A stretch of DNA of 64,000 nt, taken from the NCBI GenBank assembly GCA_951406725.2, contig OX597820.1, positions 44,020,001 through 44,084,000 of the forward strand, in the 5' to 3' direction. Made by a program: the position numbers and the translations under genes. Source of the DNA: Octopus vulgaris. Lineage: Eukaryota. The stretch's first letter is position 1, and the number at the start of each line of letters is the position of its first letter. Below the pieces are notes generated by a model. That model made no database searches. It was not told where the DNA came from and was given only the letters and a program-made list of their open reading frames with translations. Positions 22,430-36,639 of the stretch are shown piece by piece.

Positions 22430-25400
22430 AATTTCTTTATTGCCCACCGGGGGGCCAAACATAGAAATGGACAGAACAACTGATGGGATCAGTGAAGTGA
22501 TATGATTTTACATATAATATGACTTCAAAACTTTTAATACAATAGAAAAAAATGGAATGGAACAAACAATAGAAAAACAAAACAAATGAAGTGATGATCA
22601 GGCCACACTCCGACCACACAAGCCACGATCTACCGCTGGTACTTTTATTTTCTTATTTTTTCCGTCTATTCACACGGTTCTTTGCACGCACACCACTCGT
22701 GCTACATGCTTCCATCTCTTTTGGAACGTACACTCCGACAGACATCTCTTCACCAGCCACAGTTTCCTTTTCAAATGAAAAGAAAAAAATGATCGTAAAT
22801 TGTGGCCAGAGATAAAGTTGCCTGTCTTAATTCATTTTTATCCTAGTCTTCCTTACTGCATCTTTCGCTATTGCTACAACCGTGAGAAAACAATTCTTAC
22901 GATCGTTCGTTAAAACTCCCGGTGGGTCAAGTTTTATAATTCACTCAGTTGACAGCTGTACTCTTCCTTCGCCGGACAACAGGTATTCAGCATAAGCCCA
23001 CATTTCAGTTATCTCCAGACACTGAACAATAGTGTGAGGGACGGTTTCCCTGTCCCCCACCCCGCCCCGGCATCTTGGACAGGTCGGCGACTGACGCTTA
23101 CCATGTCTTGCGAGCTTATCCCAAACGGGCAAGGAACCTCTGTAGCATTGCCAGGTTAAGGACTTTTGGAAGTTGTCCAACCTTCTCAACCCGAATGTAC
23201 GGTGAAACAGGCTGTCCAGTTGAATAAACCCGAGACCTAGAGTCACACCTAGGCCATCGTCACATTCAGACTCTACCAACCCACTATATAAAATCCGTGT
23301 GGAACCCCCACCTCTGGCGTTGCCCGAGCGCCGGTATAGCAAGAGGCCCTTACGGCACTCTTTATGCCACTCACTCGACCTCGGTCTACGAGAACACCAG
23401 GCTTCCTGATCGCAAAAGTTTTGAACTCGGGGAAGATTTGTCTGGCCAGCGGAAAACACACTCGTCCACAATCCAGGAGAATCCAGAGGTGCCTCAACCT
23501 CAACGCATGTCTGAGCATTATTAACCAAGGCATCCCTAAACCTCCCTTTAAAGGCTTTTGACAGCAGACACAGCGTTTCACAAGTGGCGACCTGCCCTTC
23601 CACAAAAAGCGAAAGAGCTGTCTCTCATACCTGATCAACCACGAATCCGGAGAGGGCAGGACGGTCAGGCGGTAGGTAATGACAGATGCGATAAACACAT
23701 TTACCACGTCCGCCCTCCCTTTCAGGGATAGACACCGCCAAGACCAGGTCTTGACTACTGCAGCCACCCTGATCAATATCTCCGTCCAGTTCATCTCTAT
23801 CTGGAGGCCTGGTCCAAACCAAACTCCCAGCAACTTAACCGGTCCCTCCGCCCAGCGCCCAACAACGCTGTCTAAAGGCATCAACTTGCCAACCTAGGTG
23901 CCGAGCTGCAAGTCGACCGACTTTTCCCGGTTAATCTTTGCTCCTGCCACCTCCTCGTAAGCCTCAATAGTTTTACCCACCTCACGTAGGCTTGCTACCG
24001 AGGTTACGCTGATTGTGATATCATCCGCGTAAGCCGTAACAAACTCATCTACACCTGGTTCTCTCGGGATGCCACTCAACCTTCGCAGTAGGGACTCGAG
24101 AGCCATTATATACAAAAGTGGTGAGAGCGGACATCCTTGACGAACCGAGCGTCTGATGCAGAGCGGCTTCGAAACGAAACCGTTCACCCGAACTATCGAG
24201 TCAATGTTGTGGTACAAAGCGATAAACCACCTGAGGAAGCTAAGGCCTTGGCCGAACCGCGCAAGCACACTCGCCAGGTATAGATGGTCAACCCAATCAA
24301 AAACTTTAGACTGGTCTAAAATGTACCAATACCCCACCTTTGCCAGATTTATTACCAACCCTCTATGGTATAGCGAATAAGATGGAGGGTATCCTGAATG
24401 GTTCTGCCTGAGATGGCACATGTTTGTGCCTCCCCGATTATACCATTCGCGACGCGTGCCAACCTTTTTGCTAAGACCTTGGCCAAAATCTTCACTTCTG
24501 TATTTAACAGAGTGATGGGCCTGAAATTCTCTATAACATCCCCCTTGTCCGGGTCCTTTCTGACAAACGTCACTACTCCCCAGCGCACAGATCTGGGGAT
24601 TAACCCATTCTGTTGCCAGTTCGCGTACATGTCAGCCAGTAGTTGCCCGAACAAGTCTGACATACATTTATACAGCTCGTACGGAAGACCATCATGTCCC
24701 GGCGACTTACCCGCTTTACAGTCGGCCAAAGCCTCCATCACCTCCACGGGCGTGATTGGCCCTTCGCAAGACTCCGCATCCGACCCCGAGAGGCACGGCA
24801 ACCCAGCAGCCCGGCAGCCGGCCACACTGGAAACATCGTGGTTTACGCCCCTCAACAAAAATATTTAGAACTTCCTCCCCTACTTCCCCGATTTCTGGGA
24901 GCTGTTCTCATTCCCATGTAAATTGAGATTAACATTGTGTCTTCCGGCTCTAAAAATTTTAGAGTATTTTTGTCCCGTTTCTGCATTCTTGAACCTCACC
25001 ACGATGGTTCCAAACTTCTTTCCTCTGGCTAGATATGTAATGTTCTGCCAGATGGGTTTTCAATTTTTTGCTCACATATTTTATCAATTTTACAAGCTTC
25101 TAAGCAGAATGTCTTAAAAATAATGATTTTCTTTTTTTCCTCTGTTAATTCTTCTTCTGGTATTTCCACTTTTACTATTCCATCTCGTTCCGTTATCATA
25201 TCTTTATAGTTTAATAATTATTTTATGTCAGTTGACAGCAGTCGCGTTCCACCACCAGCCGCTAGCGCAAAAATGTCTTTCTTTATTTTGGATGGTCCTT
25301 TCTTCGGTCTTTCTTTTCGTGTTCGTAACTCTTGGTAATGCCGGAAATTCGCTTTCCGACACATCAGAAACGTTATCAAAAATTAAGCTTTCTATTTTCT

Positions 25401-25630
25401 TTGCTTCTCGCTCAATCGATGATTCGTCCCCCGACGAAGACGAACTTTTCAGCATCTTGCCAGCAATTAATATTTTCCCCCACAGGGGAAACCCCAGAGA
25501 GCTTTCGAAAGGAAACTATGCTACAACAATTTTTTTTAACAATAAGTCCAACAATAGGCACAACAAGAGATATAACAATTAACAGAAACTTACGAACACA
25601 CTCCAACAATAAATTTTCGGTAACACACGT
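22430..25630 (-). mobile_element. Tx1/L1-clade LINE copy 2 (both ends present, endonuclease region deleted, frameshifted)
   Basis: KSPGHDGLPYELY, FRPITLLNTEVKILAKVLAKRL, LDQSKVFD.VDH, VRQGCPLSPLLY, AYADDIT, LSLKGR, GGLGMP, CPRC...ETVPH..VQC, FQKRW. 3' UTR ends GTGGGCAATAAAGAAATT. Confidence 0.93.
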
Positions 25631-25688
25631 ACGAAATATCGCTAAGCATTTCGCCCGACGTGCTAACGATTCTGCCAGCTCGCCGCCC
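25631..25688 (-). mobile_element. SINE family A head, cut off at the Tx1 5' junction
   Basis: Minus strand GGCGGCGAGCTGGCAGAATCGTTAGCACGTCGGGCGAAATGCTTAGCGATATTTCGT, then Tx1 sequence. Confidence 0.9.
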
Positions 25689-26555
25689 TAAAAATTGTAA
25701 TGTTTTCAGTTCAAGTCTGCTTGGCACAAAGTCAGCAGTGTGTTGGGGTGAGGGAGTCGATTACATCAACCCAAGTGCTTAACTGGTACTTTATTCATCG
25801 ATCTCGAAAAGATGACCGCAGCAGAATGAATTTGAAGAAGTGCCGCAAAGCATCTTCCCAACGCTCTAACGATTCTGCCAGCCTAGAAAGGAAGAGAGCA
25901 AAAGTTAACTTGGACGGGATTTGAGCTCAAGACAATACTCCGGAAGAAATACTGCCGAGCATTTCGTCCAGAACTTTATTGATACTATCAATCCATTAAT
26001 AATTCGTTTATTGGCCACAAGGGCTACCATAATAATAGTTTTAATTCTTCGTACTCCTCTCCCCTTCTCTCATCATTAAGCAAGAAGGGTCAAGTGTCCG
26101 CCAGTTCATGATGATGATGATGATGATAGTGGTTGTGGTGATGATGACAATAGTAGCATGAAGATAGTAGTGGTCGTGGGACGATGATGGTGATGATGAT
26201 CCTGCCAAGGATGTTCTGTGCAATCACGTGACATCTCACCCGTCCTTTTTTAAGTGACAGCATCCCTTATCTTTTCTTTTATCTCAAACCTTCCACCTGT
26301 TGTCACTTGACCTTTCGCCCAGTTTTGGTCCCCCTTCCATCATCCATTGTGTTTCTCGAAGCAATGTGGTGGGCGCTATGAGATCGCTCACATTACTAGA
26401 AATAACAGCCAAATCTCCCTCAGATCACTGTTGTCTTCTTATAAAAGAATACTAGATATACTGCTAGAAATATAAACAAGATGGTCACAAAAGCAACGTC
26501 TTCAACCTTGCCTAAAAAATAGTTGCAGCAATATCTATGAGCATTTTGCGATATA

Positions 26556-26625
<70 letters not shown>

Positions 26626-26627
<2 letters not shown>

Positions 26628-26745
26628 GGTGCGTTGCCTAGTGGTTAGGGCGTTGCATTCACGATCACTAGATCGCTGGTTCGACTCTCCAGACTAGGCA
26701 GCACGTTATGTTCTTGAGCAAAACATTTCATTTCACCTTGCTCAG
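26626..26745 (+). mobile_element. tRNA-derived SINE head fragment
   Basis: TGCCTAGTGGTTAGGGCG...GGTTCGACTC followed by CORE-like TGTTCTTGAGCAAAACATTT. Confidence 0.7.
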
Positions 26746-26749
26746 CTGT

Positions 26750-27625
26750 AAATATCCTCCTGAACCTACAAAAGAGATGAGTAGTACCAAATTACCATTC
26801 CTAGATAGAATGGCAATTAAAAAGGACACCACCATTACCACAGATATATACCACAAATACACGGACGCACATCAATACCTGAATTGTAAGTCATGCTATC
26901 CACCACATACAAAACACAACATTCCATACTTTGTACTCTACTTATAGAAAATGGCATACAGCGAGCTATAAAAATACCCATACAACAACTGAGAATAACC
27001 GAAAGAAGAGGATAACTGGAACAGGTCATACCATTTATAGTGACACACAACCCATGTCACCAGAATATCTTCAACATTGCCAAAGCAAACCTACCAACCA
27101 TTGCTCAAATGAATTAAAAGATATAATCACAGATCGAACTATGGTTCTTAGTAAAAGACAGTATAAAAACTTGAAAAAAATTGTTAAAAGGCAAAGTTTG
27201 ACCTTAGCAAAAGAAGACCAATCATTCACTGTATCTAAATGCAGTGATAGCCAATGTGGAACACGTGCCAATTCATTCATACTGGCCAATATAGGAACAC
27301 AAATGCAGGGAAAATATTCAAAAGCAAATATTTAATTTACTGCATCAAATATCACAAAAGTAAAAATTTTACTTACTGCACCAAATGCCTAAATTGTGAA
27401 GAACTCTATATGGACACACTGAAAATGCACTATCAGAACGTTCACATGTGCACCGACACAAATTAGAGAACCAGATGTCCGTCAGATACCTTTGAGTAAC
27501 CAGCATTTGAGTAAATGCAGACGGAAAATATATTTTCATTCTACAAACTATACAGTCCAAGTGAAATTGAGAGAAAAATCAGAGAAAAGAACTTTATTAA
27601 TAAATACCAAACCAAGCTAAATAAA
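26750..27625 (+). mobile_element. Penelope-like element, RT C-terminus to GIY-YIG end (decayed)
   Basis: LPFLD...TDIYHKYTDAHQYLNCKSCYPPHTKHNIPY; IPFIVTHNP; YCTKCLNCEELY; terminal FINKY..KLN-like motif. Hammerhead about 500 bp downstream. Confidence 0.88.
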
Positions 27626-28111
27626 CAATAATAATAATACTTAGAGGTACTCTTTCTACTGCTACGACCACTAACAACACTAAAGGTGCTCATTATGATG
27701 ATAGCATGAAAATACCAGCGAAAAGTCAGTAAAAATAATCTTATTTTCAGGTTTAAATTTCTATTACCACAGCTATTCCTACCGCCGCCACCGCCACCAA
27801 CAGCGACAACAATAATAAAGGAGATGATAATGATGATGGCGATAAATGAAATATAAAAATCGCTGGGAAATAATATTTACAACATTTCTAAAAATAGACC
27901 AACAATTACTGCTTTGGCCAGGGTCAAAACACAGGTCTCTTGACATGTTCAGCAAACCATGACGCCTAAACCAAACAATCAAATTAAATAAATAAGTAAA
28001 ATCACACACTGATTAGTCAGAATACAGTTTGCTAAATTTAACATTCTGGAACACAGCTTATCCACTGACTACAGTTAGAAATTGTAAAACATAACTGTCA
28101 CCACGACTATA

Positions 28112-28156
28112 TGAGTCTGAAGACTGCATAGTTTAATGCATGAAAGTACTAGTTCA
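28112..28156 (+). ncRNA. Minimal type I hammerhead ribozyme at the 3' end of the Penelope-like element
   Basis: TGAGT-CTGAAGA-C-TGCAT(agttta)ATGCA-T-GAAA-GTAC-TA-GTTCA. Palindromic GTAC stem III is typical of dimerising PLE hammerheads. Confidence 0.75.
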
Positions 28157-28284
28157 ATCAGAATGGACATTTAATATTCTATCATTTCGTTATATTCTCG
28201 TATCTAATATAACATCACTATAAGTTTGTGAATAAAACGTAAAAATCAAAGTTGGAATTTCTTTGAGTAATATATATATATATA

Positions 28285-28640
28285 TTCTTTCATTTGTTTC
28301 AGTCATTTGACTGCGGCCATGTTGGAGCACCGCCTTTTGTCGAACAAACCGACCCCAGGACTTATTCTTTGTAAACCTAGTACCTACTCTATCGGTTACT
28401 TTTGCCGAACAACTAACTTACGGGAGAGTAAACACACCAACATCGGTTGTCAAGAGATGGTGGGGGGACAAACACAGACACACAAACATATATGACGGGC
28501 TTCTTTCAGTTTCCGTCTACGAAATCCACTCACAATGCTTTGGTCCACCTGAGGTTATAGTAGAAGACACTTGCCGAAGGTACCACACAGTGGGACTGAA
28601 CACGGAACCATGTGGTTAGTAAACAATCTACTTACCATAG
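28285..28640 (-). mobile_element. SINE family B
   Basis: Reverse complement of the family B sequence. Confidence 0.88.
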
Positions 28641-29337
28641 AGATTCAGCGCTTTCAGATATCGTCAGTAAATAAGACTTTTAACCGAAGGTATTTTACCA
28701 GTGAACTTCCTTGTAACCCTTCAATTTCTTCTATGGGACCGGATGAGTTAGAAGATGTGTCTATTAATAATTTTAACCATACAATGCAATTTTGTATTAC
28801 ATACAACCCGTAATAAAGTTTCTATATATTTAATATTTCGGCGCAGAAATATTATACAAGCAGTTTTGCATTATAAGACATATTCTTCAAATCAGACACT
28901 GGCATTTAAGATCGCCGCATTGGCATATATATATATAACTATACTGTTTCGTAAACTTTCGTGAGATGATAAACCCTAAGCAGGTTAAGCGGGCAAATAT
29001 ACAGTTTTATATAGTTGTAGAGTTAAAAAAATCTTCTCGAAATCTCCATCGAAATGTAGAGTGTAAATAGTATTTTTGTTTTCCTTCCCTTTTTTTATTC
29101 TTTACACCTTTCTTCAAATGATGGTTCCTAGTCTGGCTAGAGAAGTGTTGCACACATACACGCGCACACACGCACGCACACTATACGCGTACGCGCGTAT
29201 GAGTAAGTAAATATGCATGCACATATACATGTGTCTAACATATTTCGGTGATATATATCATTCCATGTTTCTCCAAATGGCGACTCTTTGGTTGAACAGG
29301 TGTTACACACACGGCCACAACGCATTCTCTGACATAC

Positions 29338-29385
<48 letters not shown>

Positions 29386-30215
29386 CACGCACACTCACAT
29401 GTGCATACATTCGTATATATATGCGTGCGAATATGAGGTTCCAAGTAAACATGCATATATGTATGTTTTTATACGTGTAATGCTTTTCGATGTTTACCTT
29501 TCACCGAACGCTGTAAAAATTGTAAAATGGTGCTTTAAAACCCATTCCTTGTGGTATTTGTTTCATCCCAGTTCCGCAGACAATCGCTCGCCATTATCCC
29601 CATTTTAAATGCAGTAAACCAATGATTGGCTCGTTAAGACCCTATAACCAACGAGATGGTTGCTTTTTTTACCAAACGCTCTATCAATAAGGAAAATAAT
29701 AAATATCAAGATCTGGTGAATTGCAATAACTTCCATTGTTACAAAACTGGTGAAATAGACAATTAGAGAAAAAGAAAAACACGATGAGATCATAAGTATA
29801 TTTTTTTTTTCTTAGAAAAAGAAATTATGAAGTTGTCTCAAAGAAAAGCATCAGAGATTCTTTTTTCACTTACTAAATTATCGAAATATGTATAAGTGTG
29901 ATGAAAGATGGTGAAGAGCATATAAGTTGTATAACTTCGTAAAACACCTGCGGAAGAATTAAAGCATCGCTATGTCTTTCTCAATGGCCAAAATGTCGCG
30001 AAAAAAAACGTCATTATACTGATCTTTATGATATTTAAATGCTAGTATTTTTAAGTTTATTTTGTAATTGTTTGATATGCTTGTTTTTTTTCAGTTTTCC
30101 GGGTATTTTTTTTTTTTACTTTTAGAATTCTAAAAATCAACTGACATAAAAAAAAGTGTTGCTAATAGTTCGTTCTCATTCTACCGCTATTTTCCATTTC
30201 TTTGTCATTATTCTT

Positions 30216-30603
30216 CTCTTTTACTCTTTTACTTGTTTCAGTCATTTGACTGCGGCCATGCTGGAGCACCGCCTTTTAGTCGAGCAAATCGACCCCGGGA
30301 CTTATTCTTTGTAAGCCCAGTACTTATTCTATCGGTCTCTTTTGCCGAACCGCTAAGTAACGGGGACGTAAACACACCAGGATCGGTTGTCAAGCAATAC
30401 TATGGGGACAAACACATATATACATATATATACATATATACGACAGGCTTCTTTCAGTTTCTGTCTGCCAAATCCATTCACAAGGCATTCGTCGGTCCGG
30501 GGCTTTTGCAGAAGACACTTGCCCAAGATGCCGCGCAGTGGCACTGAACCCGGAACCATGTGGTTGGGTAGCAAGCTATTTACCACACAGCCACTCCTGC
30601 GCC
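30216..30603 (-). mobile_element. SINE family B, full length
   Basis: Head GGCGCAGGAGTGGCTGTGTGG through tail (GTAAAAGA)n. Confidence 0.92.
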
Positions 30604-31264
30604 ATTATACTTATTCTTTTTTTTTCCTGTTTTGTTTATTTCTGCTATTGGGGACGTTGCTGTTGTTACTGTAGCTGTTACTGCTTTTCCTGCCACTGCT
30701 GCGATTTCCTACAACTATTGTTGTCCATTCACTAACGAAGGACCGTCTGCGTGTTCGCTCAACATGCTTAAAAAATTGTATCCAAAACTCTTCCTTAAAT
30801 GATACTCACCTCCTACCACCATTTTTCTAAACAAGTGTAGAAGAATACATTGACTGAGAGTTTCTCAAGGGGAAACTCAAGAGTGACAGGTAGGCTGCGG
30901 CAGCGTCTGGTGGGACATGGAGTTTTGGAATGGGACGTAAATAAGTAACATATATAAAACTTGCAATAAAGATTTTACTAAAACTATGCATGTATGTATG
31001 TGTATATATATATATGCATATATGTGCATATATGCATACATATGTGTATATATACATACATATGCGTATATATACATACATATGTGCATATATACATGCA
31101 TATGTGTATGTATATATATATACATATATATATGCATATACATAAACATATTTATATATATATATATATACATACATATATACAAACACACACATATATA
31201 TATATATATATAGATATATATAATATACATACATTTTTATATATACTTATATACACACACACAC

Positions 31265-31315
<51 letters not shown>

Positions 31316-31499
31316 TACAAACACATGTATATATATAGAGAGAGATATATATAATATACATACATTTTTTTTATATATTCTTATACACACACAGACACAC
31401 ACACGTATATATATATATATATACATATATATAGATACATATATAAATAATTTGTATATATGTGTTATGTGTGTGTGTGAGTGTATATGTGTGTGTGTG

Positions 31500-31601
31500 T
31501 ATGTGTGTATACTTTGTTCGTTCATCGTGAAGCAGTTTTTTTTCTTCTTTTTTTCCTTTTTCCGAAACATCGAAGAAGTGCATGGGGCAAAAAAACGTTG
31601 A
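31500..31601 (+). repeat. About 100-bp dispersed repeat (second copy about 40678-40778)
   Basis: TGTGTATACTTTGTTCGTT.ATCGTGAAGCAG...CCGAAACATCGAAGAAGTGCATGGGGCAAAAAAACGTTGA is near-identical in both places. Confidence 0.85.
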
Positions 31602-31689
31602 AACATACTGCGTTGAATAAGGCACTGGTTTTGGATCACTTAGAGTTTGAATGTATTCCGTCAATAGTGTCTACGCTGAATACTTTGGA

Positions 31690-31990
31690 TCACGAAAGGA
31701 AGAAAATCAGAAACACTAACGTCCTGAAAATAGCGAATCTGCGCAAACGCACAAGATGTTGGGACGAATAGAAGAGTGAGATTTGCAGATCTCTGCTTGC
31801 GACAACCAGAAGAATGCATACCCAAAACAGCTACACAGTAGGTACCGTTAGAGGAGCGAAGGTAAAGAGGGAGACCCAAGAAAACATGGGATCCCACCTT
31901 CAAAGATCTGAAGCAACTTAGCACCACCTAAGACGATTGATAGCTACTATACTCAAAATTGGGATGACTGAAGACGTCTTGATACCCGAT
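31690..31990 (+). mobile_element. RTE LINE 3' fragment
   Basis: KIRNTNVL...RVRFA..CLRQPEECIPKTA...R*RGRPKKTW..T.KDLK. Confidence 0.75.
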
Positions 31991-32774
31991 GGACAAAAAG
32001 TGAAGGTTATCTTGACTGGAATCAACGCTGATCATATGCTTTAAGTTTTGATCGGAGGATAAACATCATGCTCAACAGCTTTAGTTGACCATCCAAGCTA
32101 ACATTACAGTATTTCATATTTGTTTGATATTTCGGCGGAAAATGTCTTATGCTAGCGGTGTGAAATTACATGACAAATTTTCTTCAGATAAGGCTCTTTC
32201 TTTTAAGATTGCCGTATTGGCATATTAACTGTCTTGTTTCGTAAACATTCGTATTGTTGATTTCATCACCACATCTTTTACAACTCTTTCTTAATGAACC
32301 AGCGAAGAAGCTTCAATACGGAGTCCCGAATTGCCAGAAATTGCAGTCAAATCTCTCACAAATTACATTCTAATATCTAAACTAATAAAGATACACTTGA
32401 TAGCGTAGTCTCTAATATACAATAAAATGAAATGTCCTTACTCAATTTCGATCTGGATTGACAATGGACCAAACAATTAAAGCATTTTGTATATTGTTTT
32501 TCCATTATATTTTTTATACATATACTAATCTTACTATAGCTGTAAACATTTCAGATAAACCTATAAAGTTTTTAAACGTCCATACCTTTCTTGTCTTACG
32601 CAATTTCAAGCTTTTCTTTTAATTATATCATTTCATAAAGTACAAATTCGCTTGTAGAATGGATTAACAAAAACAAACCAACCCATGTAAATAAAAATTC
32701 CTAGCTTACTAAAATTCACCAACAAATAAAGATTTCAAGAAATATATTAGCAACACAGTCTGCGTGGGTGTATA

Positions 32775-32962
32775 TTCTTTTCTACCATGGGCACAAAGCC
32801 TGAAACGTTGGGGTGGGGTAGTCGATTGCATCAACCCAAATGCTCAACTGGTACTTATTTCATCGACCCCGAAAGGGTGAAAAGTCGACTTCGGCGGGAT
32901 TTGAACTCAGAGCGTAAGGACGGACCAGATGCTGCTCAGCATATCGCCCGGCGTGCTAACCG
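32775..32962 (-). mobile_element. SINE family A, single unit with tail B (no tail-A insertion)
   Basis: Head, GAGTTCAAATCC, core, and tail TTTCAGGCTTTGTGCCCATGGTAGAAAAG. Confidence 0.8.
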
Positions 32963-35900
32963 TCTTTGTGTGCGTATGCAATACCAATAATGTTGTACAA
33001 GTTGCAATTCCCCCAACTATACATGTGCATGCACGCGCGCTCTTGTATGTGTGTGTGTGCGCGCATGCGAATGTGTTGAATTGTTCAGTGATTGTGGGTT
33101 TTATATTCAATAAGCTAGAGTAATCCCTTTTGTGTAAGTGAAAGCACCAGTTACACTTCGTTATTAAACTCTAACAGATGTCTTACTTCCTAGCTAAAAT
33201 CAGTCAGCGAGTGAGCCACTGCGCGGCAGCTTGACTTGCTACAAATTGTAAGCAACTCTCACTAAAATCACACCATATGTCTAATAAAATTAAGGAAAAT
33301 TTTTATATAATGTATTGTATAGTAGAACATTTGTGTCGTTGGTGGACTGACTTTGAACATAGATCTGATCTGTTAGGGTTTCTGCAGGTTATAAGAATAA
33401 TGACAACTTTAATCTGGCTTTTTTTTTATCCTTCTTGGGACCTTCAAATGTGATGGAAGGAATAAAGAAATTTAACTTCAAATTGGAGGACTGAACGCTT
33501 TGAAACAGGTTGGGGTTCACTAAAGGTACACATGGCGCCAAGTGATGATGTTAAATTGGATTTTGAATTAAGTCTATGACACAAGTGGGCCATGGATGGA
33601 TTTGAACTCATGGTGCAAAAGATCTGGAACAAATGCTGCAAGGCAGCCAGTCTGATTTTCTTGCAATTCCACCAACTCATTGCCTTGGATTTGTACTTTT
33701 GGATCTTTACCTTTTGACCGGCAGATTTACAAAATATTTTTTTTAACTAAACACTTTCAAACTTCGAATACTGGTAGAATGTGTCATATAAAATATCTTT
33801 TAGTCTTAGCGTTTTTGAGAAAAGTTTATGTTTACGAAGTTATTTCGTGTTAAAGTTCTCGTATTTCGGTAATTTCAACCAATCAATGACGTGTATTCAG
33901 CTGAATAAAATTACATGTTGGACAGGTCAAAGGATAAAGGCCAGACTAATATGGACAACCTCTTCCTTGAGATGAGAATTGATTTGCGTAGTACCAACAC
34001 CCCTAACTAGGAAAAACCAAAGTTACAGAAATATCGATGACAACCCCAAACCAGCAAGACTTGGGAAATGAGGGTCTTCCCTCAGAGAAGCATATGATGA
34101 CACGTCAGGCCCTAACCTCGAACCCATGAGGAAGGTGGGAAAGCGGATGCCCTAAAAATAACTGAAAATGTGATGCTGAAACGGAGATGTAAAAGAAAAA
34201 CTGGAGAAAAGCAGAAAAGATAGTCCAGAGTCGAAAATAGTGGACACTTTCAATAACTCCATGTATGAAATTTCAGGAAATGAGTCGGATAAAAGAATAA
34301 GGTATTGAACTACTTATTCCTTTGCCATGAGTTTTAATCTCAACAGTGGTGTCCTTGTGTGCCTGAAAATATATTTTCTATATTGCTCCATTTTTACTCA
34401 ATTGTCTAAAATAGGCACGAGATAATCAGAGAATATTCAGTTTTTGAACTGCGTCTTGCAATCGTCTTATTCTACCTCTGGTTCTTACATTAAGTTACAT
34501 GTTCTGGTCGGTGTAGACATAAACTCGGTCCACGGTCATCTTACTTCAATCAAGTGTGGTGATATTTTTTGAAGTGATGTTCAGTTTTAACCTGAAGGGT
34601 AAAACACAGAGATTCACTTGACAGTATGGCGGGTTATAATTTCCAGAACGAAGCAGTTCCGATGAGAAAATATCAATATACGCTAACTGCGCGTAATAGA
34701 TAACGCATTAAACTGATGATAGCGTATTAAACTCATTAGAATATTTAATATGTTATCTAAAACATAGAAGAGAGAAATTGTTGTTAGGTATGGCTTTTAG
34801 ACACCGTTCACATGATTAGAAGATTGAAGACCGTTGTGGTATTGATCGCAGGAATATAGACGGGTAATACAGCTCAACAATGTGATAGTGTTTGCAGCAT
34901 ATTGGCAAGTACAGGCTTGGTTATATAGATAATGTTCTAATGTGCTTGAATTTGTATGCGTTTGTCTGTATATTTATTATGTGGTTGTGTGTATACAACT
35001 GATTTCTTTCCGAAATCTATAAGGAGTACTTTAATGCAACGAGTACATGCCTTGTAGAAAGTCGGTTACTCTCCGTGGCTTTACTATATTAGGAGAAAGT
35101 AGAGTTAAAAACGTGACTGTTGGTGCGGATCCGCTCCACTAAAATTCAAACATTGAAACTTCTATCCTTGATATAATCATAAAATTTGTTAGTTCTATAT
35201 TTGAAAAGTTGGGGAAATTAATAATCTCCAACAGGCTTCTTGTTTTGTTTTGAATTTATTTTCTTTGTTTCTTTAATTTTATTTTGCTGTGTGGATAGGA
35301 GAGCATGCGGTATAAAAATTTATATATTTTTATATTTTTGGTTTTTAATGTTTAACCCTTGGAACATTAGATTAAATAATGTCGCCCAGAAAGCTATAAA
35401 ATGCATTCATTTGGATAGATGAAAGAAAAAGAAATACCCATTTGATTTACTGGAATTATCGACCTTAACGTATCTAACTTTGAGAAATATTCATTTAATG
35501 TCATAAATTGCTTATATTTTAATGCTGAAAAAAAATATTTTTAACACGAATTTATGTAACAGAACTTCATCGTTTAATATAAATGCATAAATCAGTCATC
35601 ACCTATATTAGGCGCTACTTTTATCCAGTTTATCTCTACAGTATTTTAGATATATCTATATTAACGGTTTGTTTTGTTTCTCTTCTGTTTTTTTATTCAT
35701 TTTCATACCTGATTTCTATATTGCTAAAATAATATTGATTCTATTTTAACAACGACGTCCATTATCCTGTATAAACTGTCGTCTGAAGATACAAAAATAA
35801 TAAAAGTTCTTTAACAACGATAAAAAAGCAAAATATTGCACACATTTTCATTGCATGAAGTTTTAAGTGTACAATAAATACATATAAGTGGATGGATATA

Positions 35901-36639
35901 ACTATACAGATGTACACTGGGAAGGTTCTCCGAACGTTATGGACACTAAATCTCTTCCTTTGGATAAAGAATATAGAAAATATACTCAGACTATCGATTT
36001 CATTTGACTCTACACACACAGCGCTGTTTTGCGGGGTGGTTTATAATTGACTGAATTTACTCCAGGATATTTCATGGTACTTATTTTATCAAACTCCAGA
36101 GCCTGAAGTTCAAAATTACTCCTGGTGGAATTAACTCAAGGGGAATGAGCTGAATTAAATTTGGGCTTCTACCTCAGCACAAGTATAATCATAGCTACGG
36201 TTTTGTTTTTGTTTTGTTATTCGTTTTGTTTTTGTTTTTTTGTTTGGCTTTTTTTTTCTTGTTTTCATAATTGGCCTCGATTTTTGTAAGAGAGTAAATA
36301 GATTTTCTGAGAATAACAAACGCATAATTGATGAGAAATATCTCTTGGCAGGAATTCAAGCTTCGTCCAGTTCTCGATCCACTCATACATTGAAAATGGG
36401 TCTGAAACTATTAACAGTTTACAAATTTACCAGAGGAAGTATTGCTTACATGTAGTAATTGTAGACAGTAATACTTATATAATTTCACTTATGGTGGTGA
36501 AAAATCATTATATTATTGATTAATCTGGTCAAGAAAGAGAATAATTAAAAATAGAATGTCGTAGGGAGTGAGTATGATATTATGTAACGATTAATATTTG
36601 TTTTAAAAAAAAAGCAAACTGTTGTACTTTTGCATAGGA

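Noticed and set aside
28640-28672. Minus-strand CTGACGA-TATCT-GAAA-GCGC motif
   Set aside because: No room for stem II and no valid cleavage triplet or stem I; at most a deleted relic.
33444-34290. ORF 33444-33680 and neighbouring complex sequence as a host exon
   Set aside because: Contains a SINE-like B box and what may be a LINE 5' region; no recognisable protein similarity.
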